DNA from: Callorhinchus milii
Taxonomy: Eukaryota
Direction of reading: 5' to 3'
DNA length: 64,000 nucleotides
Assembly: GCF_018977255.1 (NCBI RefSeq)
Contig: NW_024704742.1
Location: 11,286,001 to 11,350,000, forward strand
Positions within the stretch are counted from its first letter, which is position 1. Each line of letters begins with the position of its first letter. The notes under the pieces are model-generated. The model did not search any database. It was not told where the DNA came from and was given only the letters and a program-made list of their open reading frames with translations. This document shows, one piece after another, positions 1-12,216 of this stretch. Both the position numbers and the translations under genes were made by a program.

Positions 1-1275
1 GGTGGCTGGAGCAGATCCCAAGTTTTTACACTTAGCACAAAGCCAAGGGGAACAGTTGGCTTTAAAATACAGTGACAATTCAAGTTAGAGAATTAGAATT
101 TTAAACCTTCTCAAGTGAAAGGAGCACTGGATGGCAGCCGAATGTGCCTGCTTTCAGTTTTACACACTGTTCTTCCAATTGGAAGTAATGGAAACTGGAA
201 AGAAAAATCACAAGCTCTTCGTAATTGCAAATTAAAGCTGTTCTGGCGATTATGATCTAGGCTTTATTCAATGTTGACAAATGTTTTGAATTTAAACTGG
301 ACTTTTTCAGTATATACAGTGGATGGTTCATGATTTTTCAAGTTTCGAGGATGTTTAGGGGATTTCTCTGACTTTTTTCAGCATAATGAGTTCTAGAATT
401 TTTACAGGGATTGATAGGTTGTGAACCCTCGTGTAAAATTCTGTTCAACTTGTTTGCATCAAATCTCAGAAAGCTAATGTATAATGACAATAAGAAAAGG
501 AACTCACTTTACCTTCACAATCTAAATCACATTCAGAATTCTGCACCTGATTGTGTGGAAGATTGTGCTGAATGGAATTCACTGTGCTTTAAAACCTGGG
601 TGATGTGGAGCTTTGAATTGCCATGTGATCAGTCCCACTTCACTATGATGCCTTGCTTTCAATTATATCCCGTATAGTTCAGAACTTGAATTGTAACAGA
701 CAGCTGGATTGATAAATAATGTGTATTATATTATTGGTATAATGTGTATGAATCCTCTATTGAGATCTGGCCGTGCGTTGAGACCTATTGATAACTAACA
801 TAATTGGCTCTAGGTTTGTCGAGCAGAGGTGGAGGTGCTGAATGTTAGGACATTTTCCCAAAGAATTAATAGAAAACTGAAGGTTTTGTTAGACAAGGCT
901 GTGAATCTGCCGGTCATTACCTTGCTTTTCTGTAGATTGGGGACAGGTTCACTTGCCTAATTCTTCGCTGATCAGAGTTTGTAACCTCAAATTAAGGTGT
1001 GCGGTTCAAAGAAATCCTATTTACTCTAATTATGTTAAATGTTATGTTGGGTAGATAAGGAATAGTAACAATTAAAACACTACATTTTCATAACAAGTGT
1101 TTAAACGTGTATTTCATGTAGACAATTGTGCTTTTGGCAATCGTATGCAAATTGTGCAGTGTTAGCTTGTCTGAGTTCACAGAACTCTCACCTCTGAACC
1201 ATAGTTTGAAACCCAAGTAAGTACTTGAAATCTGTATCTGTATCATAGCCAAGCCTGACTTACTAGTGGAGTAAT

Positions 1276-1710
1276 AACAATAATCCCTGCATTTGATATT
1301 CAACAACAACAACAACAAGATTCCATTTATAAAGCGCCTTTCACGTCAGGAGGACGCCTTTCACGTCATATAGTGCCTTATCACATCTTTGAGACATTTC
1401 AAAGTGCTTCACAGAATATACTGTAAAGTGAATTGATTATATTTGTGGGTGAAACGTGGCAACCAATTGCGCACAGCAGTGTCCCACAAACAGTCATGGA
1501 TTGAGTGACCAATATTATTTTTTTTGAAGGAATTATTATCCCGGAAAAGCGAACCATCAATCAATCAAGAACCGGGTTCCTACTTACTGCTCGGAAAACA
1601 GAGGCTTGTGGAGTAAGGAAACTTGCCCAACAATTTGCCCTGCCAGGGATCGAACCCAAGTCTCTCGCTTGCGAGGCGAGTGCTCTAACCACTGAGCTGC
1701 AGGTCTCCAC
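1276..1710 (-). mobile_element. tRNA-derived SINE, long/older subfamily, with an L2 tail fragment inserted at ~1300-1367
   Basis: Minus strand reads GTGGAGACCTGCAGCTCAGTGGTTAGAGCACTCGCCTCGCAAGCGAG...GGTTCGATCCC (A/B boxes), core TGTGGGACACTGCTGTGCGCAATTGG, tail ...TATATCAAATGCAGGGATTATT. Confidence 0.92.
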
Positions 1711-1711
1711 A

Positions 1712-1940
1712 ATAATGTGGCAATGCTGCATTTTCAACAATGCTATCTTTCATTTGAGGTGTTAAAGATCCATGACACACCTCAAAGGGAGAAAGTAGTT
1801 TTTCCTGTGCTTGTAGCTTGCAATATCCTAGATCATGGCTGTGTGAAATGACTGCATAAACAGTCAACGCTTCACGACAATTACTTTTGAAGCTCTTTGA
1901 GATGTTTGGAATAAAAAGGTGTTACAAACATTTACATTTA
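1712..1940 (+). mobile_element. Ancient, degraded Deu-type SINE fragment
   Basis: GCTATCTTTCATTTGAGGTGTTAAAGATCCATGACAC...GAAGCTCTTTGAGATG resembles the other Deu-type copies (8668, 39895). Confidence 0.5.
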
Positions 1941-2598
1941 TTTGTGTAAACTGATTTGAATACCTTTTGTGAAACAGACCAGTGATTGCTTATTTGTTTG
2001 TATGTGTGCAGGGGTGGAAGAGTGAGTCATCCTTAGCCTTGATATATAGATGGTACATTAAAAAAAACTGGACCTTTTGTTCGATATTCACCCCAAAAAT
2101 ATACAGTCAATTCACTTTACAGTATATTCTGTGAAGCGCTTTGTGATATCTCAAAGACGTGATAAGGTGATATATCAAATGCAAGGATTATTACTAGTCA
2201 GCAATAAATTTGCTCTTAGCAAAAGATGACTGAATATGGTTTACACCTTGAATTAGTGTTGGTTCTAGCAGTTGATGATCTACATGCTAATTGGGTACCA
2301 TGGAAAGAATCAAATGTGTTCTAATTGGACAATCTGCCAATATAATAAAACTCAACATTGGTGCAGTATTTAGTAACCTGTCAATAGATATTGCTGGTGC
2401 ATCTGGTAAATCCAATTTACAGAGCATGCTAGGGATTTTAAAGAGAACTGTATAACTCCTGGACCTAATTTTTCTCCGCATTGATGTTCAAATCCAATGT
2501 TGCACTCCTAGATCTAGGATAAAAATAATGAAACAAGACAATTGATATACGTGCCTTATCACAGAGTCAAAAACATCTCAAAGCACTTGATTTACTTT

Positions 2599-3310
2599 AA
2601 CAACAACAACAAAATTACACTTATAGAGCACCTTTCACATCGGGAGGACGTCCCAAAGTGCTGAACAGTCAGCTGTCGGGGCCCGTTCATGGGGGAGGGG
2701 TGATGTAGGGCTGAGAGAAGGCAGAGAGGTGGGAGGGAGACCAAAGGCACAGTCGAAGAGAAGGGTCTTGAGACCGGCCTTGAAGGAGGCAAGGGAGGAA
2801 GCGAGGCGAAGTGATCGTGGGATGGAGTTCCAGAGCCTGGGGGCAGAGGATTGAAAGCCCGGCCACCGATGGTAGGGCGGGTCGGGAGGGAGACATGGAG
2901 CAGGCCGGAGCCCGATGAATGGAGGGAGCGGGCAGGTTGGTAGGGAGTTGGGGGAGGGTGAGGGTGATGGGGTCACGGAGCCCGGTGCGTGACAGTACAC
3001 GAGATGAAGAGTTTTGGATGATCTACGGCTTGTGAAGGGAAGAGGTGGGAAGGACGATGAGGAGGGAGTTCCCGTAATCAAGCCTTGAGGTGACGAATGC
3101 ATGGGTGAGAGTTTGGGCAGCCTGAGGGGTGAGGCAGTGGCTGAGTCTGGCAATTTACGGAGGTGGTGGTAGGTAGTGCCAGTCATGGGGCGGATGTGGG
3201 GGAGAAAGGACAGTTTAGGGTCAAACAAGATACCCAGGTTCCTGACGGCTTAGTGGGGTTGAGTGTGCAGCCATGGAGGCTGATACTGCCAGCGCCTGAG
3301 GTGAGTAGCG
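2599..3310 (-). mobile_element. L2-clade LINE, 5'-truncated 3' end of ORF2 plus 3'UTR, frameshifted
   Basis: ORF pieces FDPKLSFLPHI and APRLWNSIPRSLRLASSLASFKAGLKTLLF; tail TTTGGGACGTCCTCCCGATGTGAAAGG followed by (TTG)n. Confidence 0.93.
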
Positions 3311-3374
3311 ACTGTGTATGTCTAGGCAATTTCATAGCAATGTGCCACACAACCATATAACTAATTTTATCTCA

Positions 3375-3700
3375 GAGAATGTTGGCCAGGACACCAGGAG
3401 AAAATCCCTTCTCCTTGTTGAATAATGCCTTGGGATTTTTTTATATATCCAACTAAACAGGCAGTTTGGACAATATAGTACTCCCCAGCCTTGCACTAGA
3501 GTGTCAGCCTAGACTATGAGCTCAGTCATAATAATAATAATAATAATCCTTGCATTTGATATAGCACTTTTCACGTCTTGACATCTCAAAGCGCTTCACA
3601 GAATAGACTGTAAAGTGAATTGATCGTATATATTTTTTTGTGGGCGAAAATGTAGGACATGAACCTACAACCACCTGACTGCAGAGGCAAAAGTGTAATC
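3375..3700 (-). mobile_element. Ancient Deu-type SINE interrupted by a younger SINE tail (~3528-3650)
   Basis: GTTGGCCAGGACACCAGGAGAA...AATAATGCCTTGGGAT...GCACTAGAGTGTCAGCCTAGA; resumes at ~3652 with GAACCTACAACCACCTGACT. Confidence 0.65.
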
Positions 3701-4250
3701 AAGGTTCAAGCACAAAATCACACGATCAATACAAGTCACAGTATATCCTGTGAAGCACTTTGAGATGACCTACTGATGCGAAAGGGTTACATGTAAATGT
3801 CAGTGTTATTATTACAGCTACCAGGTGACACCTGTCTATGGAGATATTGGGAGGTTTGGGGGGGTTTAAAGAATTAGATGCCTGAAAATTCAATTTGCAT
3901 AAAAATACATCAGAAGTTTCTCTGCAGAGAGTAAAATGCTTTGCGAGTCCTCAAAAGGTAAAACATGTCTTCGTTAATGTTTATTACCAACCTGGAGCTA
4001 TGTTTGTTGCACTGAATACAATTGAAGTAAGTTTTGACAATGAATAATTGGATTACATCTTAAGAATAGCTGAATTAACAAGTGTAACTGTTGGATCAAT
4101 AGATTCAGCATTGATTGTTTGTCTTGGATTGCATTCATTAATTGCTGTATTCATACAAACAACATTTGGCTGTGTTTTTGAATTTTGAAGATGTTATAAG
4201 AGTGATTATGATGTGCCAATATATGGTTTGTTGGTAGATTTGTTGATCAT

Positions 4251-4512
4251 GGAGTGCTGTAGCTAGTACGTCGTGAGTGAGAGAACCTGGGTTCGATTTC
4301 CAGGCAGGGTGAAATGTTGGGCAAATTTCCTTACTCCAAACGCCTCTGTTTACCTAGCAGTAAGGAGGAACCTGTTTGTTAGTCGATTGGTGGATCGCTT
4401 TTCAGGGAATAATAATCCTTAGAATGTTTATTTTTTAAAATGTGGTCACTCAATCCACGACTGTTTGACTGCTGCGTTTCGCCCACAAAATATTCTTTGA
4501 AGCGCTTTGAGT
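4251..4512 (+). mobile_element. tRNA-derived SINE, long subfamily, internally deleted
   Basis: GGAGTGCTGTAGCT...GGGTTCGATTTCC...CTGTTTACCTAGCAGTAAG. Confidence 0.85.
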
Positions 4513-4595
4513 TGTCTAGGACTCCATGATCAACAAATCTACCAACAAACCATATATTGGCACATCATAATCACTCTTATAACGTCTTCAAAATT

Positions 4596-5200
4596 CAACA
4601 ACAACATTACATTCTTTTGGTGCTTTTCATGTCAGGAGGACGTCCCAAGACCCGAGCTGGGGATCGGGAATGAGGAGGGTGGAGGGCAGGGGGGGAAGCA
4701 GAGTGATCAAAAGAACGGCCAAAGAGTAGGGTCTTGGGATGGGTCTTGAAGGAGACAAGGGAGGGCGTGAGGTGGAGAGACTGCGGGATGGAGTTCCAGA
4801 GGGTGGGGCAGAGTGGCAGAAGGCCCGCTGCGAATAGTGGGGCAAGCGAGACAGAAGAAGTGAAGCAGGCTGGATGGTAGGAGGTAGCAAGGCCATGGAA
4901 GGCTTTGAAGGTGAAGACTAGGATCTTTAACTGAATCCTCTGTGTGATGGGAAGCCGGTGGAGTCAGGCGAGGATGGGGTTTTGGGGTCACAGAGCCTGG
5001 TGCGGGAGAGGACACAAACTGCAGGGTTCTGGATGATCTGCACCCTGTGGAGGGAGGAGTTGGGGAGGCCGACAAGGAGGGAGTTACTGAAGTCGAGCCT
5101 TGAGGTGATGAATGGGTGTATGAGGGTTTCAGCAGCCTTTGATTGAGACAGTGGCGGAACCGGGCGATGTAGCGGAGGTGGGGGAAAGCACAGTGGGTCA
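4596..5200 (-). mobile_element. L2 LINE 3' part (continues at 5539-5773 beyond a SINE insertion)
   Basis: AFPHLRYIARFRHCL-type ORF2 text; L2 tail with (TTG)n. Confidence 0.9.
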
Positions 5201-5516
5201 TAATAATAATAATAATCCTCTCATTTGATATAACGGTTTCATGTCTTCTAGATGTCTCAAGGCGCTTCATAGAATATACTGTCAAGTGAATTGACTTTTT
5301 GTGGGCGAAATGCAGCAGCCAATTGTGCACAGCAGTGTCCCACAAACAGTCGTGGATTGAAGTGACCAATTTTTTATTGTTTATGTTTTTTTTCTTGAGG
5401 GATTATTATCAGGTGTGTGGAGTAAGGAAACTTGCCCAAGGTTTCACCCTGCTGGGAATTGAACCCAGGTTTCTTGCTTGCGAGGCGAGTGCTCTAACCA
5501 CTGAATTACAGGACTC
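5201..5516 (-). mobile_element. tRNA-derived SINE, short form with old-type tail, nested in L2
   Basis: Head at ~5516; lacks the CTGTTTACCTAGCAGTAAGTAGGAACC segment; tail TTGAGACATCTAGAAGACATG. Confidence 0.9.
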
Positions 5517-5538
5517 TGTAAATTCTGTGAAGTGCTTT

Positions 5539-5773
5539 AATGGGAGCCAATCAGGAGAACTTCAGTCTTGTTGATGTTCAACTGAAGAAAGTTAGCTCTC
5601 ATCCAGGACTTGATGTCAGACAGACATTCTGCCATGACAGCAGTGGTCCTGGAGTCAAGGGTGGAGGCAGGGAGGTACAGTTGGGTGTCATCCACATACA
5701 TGTGGAAGTTGACCCCATGTCTGCGGATGATGTCACCAAGAAAGAGCATATAGATATTGAAGAGGAGGGGACC
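5539..5773 (-). mobile_element. L2 reverse-transcriptase fragment
   Basis: LGDIIRRHGVNFHMYVDDTQLYL...FLQLNINKTEVLLIG; the YADD motif has decayed to YVDD. Confidence 0.93.
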
Positions 5774-5786
5774 TGTAGCTCAGTGG

Positions 5787-6108
5787 GTGGAGTCCTGTAG
5801 CTCAGTGGTTAGAGCACTCGCTTTGCAAGTGAGACCTGAGTTCAATTCCAGGCAGAGGGCGAAACCTTGGGCAAGTTTCCTTACTCCACACAGAGCCTAA
5901 TAATAATCCCTCCAAAACCCAAAACAATAATAAATTGGTCATTTTCAATCTACGACTGTTTGTGGGACATTGCTGTGTGCAATTGGCTGCCGTGTTCGCC
6001 CACAAATATACAGTCAATTCACTTTACAGTGTGTTCTGTGAAGCGCTTTGGGACGTCCTCCCGACGTGAAAAGCGATATATCAAATGAAAGGATTATTAT
6101 TATTATTA
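5787..6108 (+). mobile_element. tRNA-derived SINE, young short subfamily, full length
   Basis: GTGGAGTCCTGTAGCTCAGTGGTTAGAGC head; tail GGGACGTCCTCCCGACGTGAAAAG...(ATT)n; near-identical to the 16496 and 55837 copies. Confidence 0.95.
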
Positions 6109-6279
6109 AATTGCTATGTGTTATGATTAGGAACATCCATTTTTTTAAGTTGGCAAAAAGTTCAAATGTGAGAGTGAGAGATGAGTGATTTGTGAATTTT
6201 CACATTTACACTTATAGTTTTGTACAATATATTGGCATTAATCAGCTCCCTTTCAGGGGTTCATTTTCAAGTCAATTTA

Positions 6280-6510
6280 AGACCATAAGAACAAAAGGAG
6301 TGGACAATTCAGCCCATTAAGCCTGCGCCATCATTTTATAAGATCATGCCTTATCTGCAACAACGCGAATCCCTCCCCCTTTCACCATTTACTTTAATAT
6401 CCCTGCCCACCAAATATCCATCTGTCTGGGGCAGTGAATTCAACACTCTCACAACACTTTGTGTAAAAACTGTTTCCCGATTTCACTCAAAACTGGTTTA
6501 GCTATATTTA
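6280..6510 (-). mobile_element. CR1-type LINE 3' end fragment, old
   Basis: CATAAGAACAAAAGGAGTGGACAATTCAGCCCATTAAGCCTG...ACACTTTGTGTAAAAAC is typical CR1 3'UTR/end-of-ORF2 text. Confidence 0.6.
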
Positions 6511-8114
6511 GATTCAAGACCAAAGTCTTTGTGTTGGGGTATCTCTTCCTGATCCATCAGTTTGTTCTAAAGAGATATATGCATTTGAATCATTAAAATA
6601 TTACAATTTTGCCTGGTTTTCCCAGTTCTTAAACATATTATCTGCAGAAGTGGCACGCTGCAGCCAATTCTAGAATTGCATTTCTTTGCCAAATTTTGCA
6701 CTTGTCTAGGTGAACGATATTTCTCCTGGGGGAATTGAACTTTTAAGAGTTCAGCTTGAAGTGCTTCCATGAAATTACTGCCAAATGTTGTCACTGCTTT
6801 TGTAGGCACAAGCCAGCAGCTATTTTTACCAGCAAGTGTGTCCACCAGCCATGGGAAGCCAGATTGGCTGGGACACTCAAGAGAAACTATTTTCTATAAT
6901 TGTGGATGGGATTAACCATCCACAAACGCATGTGTAACAATAATCCTTGCATTTGACGCGTCTTATAATGTCTTCGAGACGTCTCAAGGTGCTTCACAGA
7001 ATATACTGTGAAGTGAATTGACTATACTTTGTGGGCAAAACAGAAAATTTTAGAGAAAATTACAAGTACGCTGAACCATGTCATTAACAACCAAAGTGAA
7101 AAGTTTACAGAATTAACTGGCATCCTTTTCATTATTTTCTTGCACAATTGGAAGCACAAGTAATTACATTGTTGGACATGTGTAAACCAAGCAGCAAATT
7201 GTAGTTTTTTTTCCCTCAGAAAATCATGCCTCCATCACCAATTTTCAAGAAACGTTATCCAACATCACCAGTGGCACTGGAACAATTTTTACAGTGAGGG
7301 CTACTGAAACACCCACTCCCCACACTGTCACCACCACCCTCCGCCCCTCCTCACCCAGCCCCCTATTACCACTGCGACTGGTCAGTAGGTTGTGTACTGA
7401 GATCTATGAAAAATTGTATTTCCTTACTCAGAAATTCTTCAGAGACAATTTCAAGATGAGCAACGAGGGGGTATGTGGGGAGGGATTGAGCAGAGAGTTC
7501 CAGAGGTTTGGGGCATAGAGATGCTAAATAGATATAATAATATATAATAATAATAATCCTCACATTTGATATAGCGTCTTATCACATCTTCGAGACCTCT
7601 CAAAGTGCTTTACAGAATATACTTAAAGCGAGTTGACTACATTTTTGGGGCGAAAAATGATTGTGATGGTAAATCATTTACCATCACACCATCTTCTGAC
7701 CAGTTGTGAAAGTATTATGAGGATGGAGGGGTGTGTGGGGTCTGGCCAGCAGGTATGAACAAGCAGGTGTCTGTGGGATGATATCTCGAGGGTGTGGAAG
7801 GGGGAGGGGGTGGTGAAGATTTGAGGAGAGATGAGGAGTTGCTGTGGAGGGGCTGGGCTGTTCGGTCCTCCTCGCTGCTGTAGAGCTGTCCAGCAGCTGG
7901 TGATTACCATCTGGATCTGCTTGTGTACCATGTTGTGTGGGAACAGCTGCCTGTCTCGTTGCCCCTGAACTCATGCCACTGTCCTGGGCCCTGACCTCAA
8001 CCTCCCATCCCACCCTGCCAGCCAAGCCTGCTCATTACCCTGTATGCAGGGCTGGGGGCACAAGGAGAGGTTTGGAGATATGACAGAGTGAGCAGCAGGT
8101 GCTACAGCAGGTGC

Positions 8115-8498
8115 GGAGTCCCATAGGTCAGTGGTTAGAGCACCCGGCTTGTAAGCGAGAGACCTGGGTTCGATTCCCGGCAGGGTGAAACATTGGGCAA
8201 GTATCCGTACTCCACACGCCTCAGTTTACCTAGCAGTAAATAGGAACCCGGTTGGTTATTAGATGATTGGTGGATTGCTTTTCTGGGGATAATAATTCCT
8301 TCAAAAACTAAAAATAATAATAAATTGGTTACTCAATCCATGACTGTGGGTCACTGCTTGCAAACAATTGGCTGCTGTGTTTCGTCCACAAAATATCCAG
8401 TGAATTCACTTTAAAGTATATTCTGTGAAGTGCTTTGATCCATCTCAAAGTCGTGATAAGGTTCTATATCAAATGCAAGGATTATTATTATATTATTA
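8115..8498 (+). mobile_element. tRNA-derived SINE, long subfamily, full length
   Basis: Head with GGGTTCGATTCCCGG B box, internal TACCTAGCAGTAAATAGGAACCCGG segment, (ATT)n end. Confidence 0.93.
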
Positions 8499-8667
8499 CA
8501 GCACTCCTGTACTTGAAGCCAGAGGTTGTTGCTGCAGCCCTAGTTCCTGTGACTGTGTATTGCACCTATTAAAGAGATTGTATACTTAATGCGGTAGGTT
8601 TGCAGATCCTAGCTTCTTGAGTGTCATTGGTTTATGATCTTTTAATGGTGATATCTGGTCATTACAT

Positions 8668-9030
8668 AATGGCTGAGCTCAGTTACTAGCACTGTCGAGT
8701 CAGAGGATTGCAGCATTCTCCATTTGAGGGCTCTGAATCTCAGCCTAGGCTGACATTCCAGTGTAATACTGCATTGTTGTTGATGTTGTTCTTTGGATGA
8801 GAAGTTAAACCCTTTTCAGGGTTTCCTATGGCACATCCTCAAAATGAGAAGCAAAGCACCCGATGTGATCATCAATTGTCTCCAAAATAAAATTGGTCCT
8901 TCTCTTCATGGCTGTTTGTGAGGGATTGCTGTGTGCAAATTGGCTGCTGCAATCATTTACATATACACTTTATTAAGAAATGCTGAGACATTTTGATGTT
9001 CTAATGCATTATATCAAAACAAAGTATTGT
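8668..9030 (+). mobile_element. Ancient near full-length Deu-type SINE (SacSINE1/AmnSINE1-like)
   Basis: CTAGGCTGACATTCCAGTGTAATACTG...TCTTTGGATGAGAAGTTAAACC...GCTGTTTGTGAGGGATTGCTGTGTGCAAATTGGCTGCTG resembles the Deu domain as I recall it. Confidence 0.7.
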
Positions 9031-9711
9031 TATAATACCTGAAACCCATTGGTATTCGAGTACTTGGTGGAATAGGCCGATCCACCTCCTTCCTTGATAG
9101 CTCGTAAGATTACCCAGTTACTAATGGAACATAAAATGTCAAAGGAAGGAAGTCAGGCCAGAGATTGATGTGATTCTTGCAAAAATAAAACAGTTTAGGC
9201 AAGCTTCAGTATTCCAGTTAGCTACCTTTTGGATAATCGAAAATAGCTGAATGTGTTCATCTGTAAGGAGTTGCGTAACAACAGCCTGCTGAACCTTGGT
9301 TTTCACACTAATTAGGTGTTAAAATTGTTCAGAGTGTTGACAGAGAATAAAGAATGGAAGGTTTCAACACAAATGTGTGTCATATTCTGTTGCTCTTATA
9401 AGTTACCACCCAATAAGGAGAAAGTCTTACTCATTGTGCCTCTTTCTAATCCTAGTAAAAAAAATCTATTTTGACATTCCTAACATTGACTGTGCCTTCA
9501 TTATTTTGTCAGCGTGATCTTCAACGCTATAATTGAGTATAATCCAGTGTACATTTGCAATGCACATGGTTAATTTAACACAGCAGTAGTTCCTGGACTG
9601 TGCATTAGGTACCAAATGGACGCTTTTTAAAAAAAAAATTCTAGTTATATACCCATATAACCCATGATTCCAAAGTAGATATTGTAATTCTTGCAAGCTC
9701 GTTATATAATA

Positions 9712-10420
9712 TACAATACAAAATTACATTTGTTCAGCACCTTTCACACTGGGTGGTCATCCCAAGGAACTGGACAGTCAGGATTTGGACATGAACTGGG
9801 GGTTGGGATCAGGAAGGGTGGAGGGTAGGAAGGGCATGGCCGAAGGCACGGTCGAAGAAGAGGGTCTTGAGACGTGCCTTGAAGGAGGCAAGGGAGGGAA
9901 CGAGGTGAAGGGGATCTGGTTCCAAAGGGTGGGGGCAGAGATGCTAAAGGTCCGACCGCCAATGGTGGGGTGGACCGGACAGGTAACTTGGAGCAGGCCA
10001 GAGCCCGCTGAGCAGAGGGAGAGGACTGGTTGATATGGGATTAACAGGTCACAGAGGAAGGAAGGAGTAAAGCCTTGAAGGGCTTTGAAGGCGAGGACGA
10101 GGATTTTGAACCTTATCTTCTGGGAGATGGGGAGTCAGTAGAGCCAGTGGGTGTGATGGGGTCACGGAGCCTGGTGCAGGAGAGGACACGAGCTGCAGGG
10201 CTCTGGGTGATCTGCAGCTTATGGCGGGAAGAGTTAGGAAGGCCAACAAGCAGGGAGTTGGCGTAGTCGAGCCTGGATGTGATGAGGGTTTTGGAGGGGT
10301 GAGGTAATGGCAGAGCTGGGCAGTGTTGCGAAGGTGGGAAGGCGGAGCAGGTCATGGCACGGATGTGGGGTAGAAAGGACAGCTGAGGGTCAAACAAGAT
10401 GCAAAGATTCCAGACTGGCT
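9712..10420 (-). mobile_element. L2 LINE, 5'-truncated
   Basis: FDPQLSFLPHI...ITSRLDYANSLLVGLPNSSRHKLQITQSPAARVL; L2 tail. Confidence 0.93.
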
Positions 10421-10743
10421 CAGTATTTGGCCCACGTTAGTGAATCAAGAATACAAAGTGACATTTAGATTAAATGTCTCAAGTAAAGTGGACATAAATG
10501 CTTCGATGGAAAATTAACTTAAATGGTTAATAGCAATGGTCTAGAAATGATTGTTGAATGAGGTAAATGGTAGCTTTAGCACAGATGTGACTTAACAAGT
10601 TGTTTTTGAGATATGTTGTATCTGAGATTTTGTTGATGAGTGGGTGGGAATTGATTAGGGTTGCACAACTTTAGATCCATGTATTATTGTCTCATTAGAA
10701 CAAAAGCACTTGGACCACATTGTTTTTTTTTGAAGCCTTTGCA

Positions 10744-10812
10744 AAATGTTAATGGTTTGTATTTTTAAATGTTAATGGTTTGTATTTTTAAATGTTAATG
10801 GTTTGTATTTTT
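10744..10812. repeat. Tandem repeat, 3 x 23 bp (AAATGTTAATGGTTTGTATTTTT)
   Basis: Three exact consecutive units. Confidence 0.95.
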
Positions 10813-12216
10813 CTGCCAAGATACTTGTCCTAAAATATGTCTCACAAATTGTCCTATTATAGTATGTAAATCAAATTGCTCATTGGTAGAATTCCCAATG
10901 AACGCATGATTATCCAATATCGAAAACTAGAAAGCAATTTTCGTTCATTTATCTAACTGTGGATTTTTTCATTCCAGAGAACTTTTTGCGGTGACTCTCG
11001 GCACGGGTTACAGTCTTGCTGAGGAGGCCATTGTATGAGATCAGTGTTAACTGCCTTGATGGAAAATGGGCACTAATGTTTAATAATAGCAATGCATTAG
11101 AAGTGATTGTTAAATGCAGTGAAAGGTAGTTTTAGCACAGATTAAATTATTTTATATCATGTGGGAGCCCAGCATACAATTATGCGATTACACAAAGTAA
11201 GGGGAAAGGCAAGTGAATGGAACTGAAAGGATTTCTCTTTCAAAGAACCATCACAACCTGATACAATAAAATGCAAAATTACATTTGTATAGCAACTTTC
11301 ACGTCGGGAGGACGTCCCAAGGAGCTGGACAGTCAGGGATTTGGACCTGACGAGGGGACTAAATGGCCTTCTTCTGTGCTGTAAATGTCTATGGTTTTAA
11401 ATTGTTTGATATGAGAATGTTATTATAGGGCTAACGCCAAGTGGATATTTTTAATTTTGGTTAAAACCCAGTTTTTAATTGAAAACTGAAATTCTGTTGA
11501 TATTTCCAATACACTATCAAACGCTGAAAGAGAGTTCTCCTATGTTTTCTGAATACCAAAGCTTTGCTACTTTTCAGTATAGAATGCTTATGGAGTTTGC
11601 CCAGGATTAATGTCTAATTTTTACTGAACATCTACTATATTAGCCCAGCAGCAGCCATCTTGTCAAAATTATACGTGTTTTATTGCTACATCCCAAACTT
11701 CCTTAATTCCTTCCTCAGAAAAGCTGGCTGTGCTGAGAGGGATATATATTTTAAGACTTGAACTGCTGGAAGAGGTTCAAAATATTCTCCGATAATATAA
11801 CATGGCAGATTTCACTGGAGGATGTGGAGACCTTGCTGCAACTTACACATACACAGAGCTAATGCCGGTTTTAATAACACATGCTGATTATTAAAAAGCC
11901 ACAAGTGTGGCTGGTTTAATGGACTGGCCATAAACTTTTACGGAGATGTTTTTGCGTAAGATTTTAGCAGAAACAAATCAGTTTACACCGACTGCACTTT
12001 CCTGCTGAAATGAGCTTCTCAAGAAAGCTTTCCAAGCTGCTCCAAAGCACCAGTCTCTCATAATTAATTAATTGCCTAAACTCACATTTATACGGTGTTT
12101 CCATGATCCATTTGATGCCATTTTCCTGTATGATTGAAGCAAAACATAATAATAATAAGCGCTTTGAGATATCTAAAAGACGTGAAAAGCGCGATATCAA
12201 ATGCAAGGATTATTAT

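Noticed and set aside
4707..5369. 220-aa ORF, longest in the track
   Set aside because: Chance read-through across a SINE/L2 junction with mixed frames.
5867..6088. Recurrent small-protein family (…[35 protein letters not shown]) at 5867, 16673, 51793
   Set aside because: Translation of the same SINE sequence, with non-ATG starts and variable frames.
7200..7440. C-rich patch with RLCTEIYEK, faintly Penelope-like
   Set aside because: Similarity too short to support.
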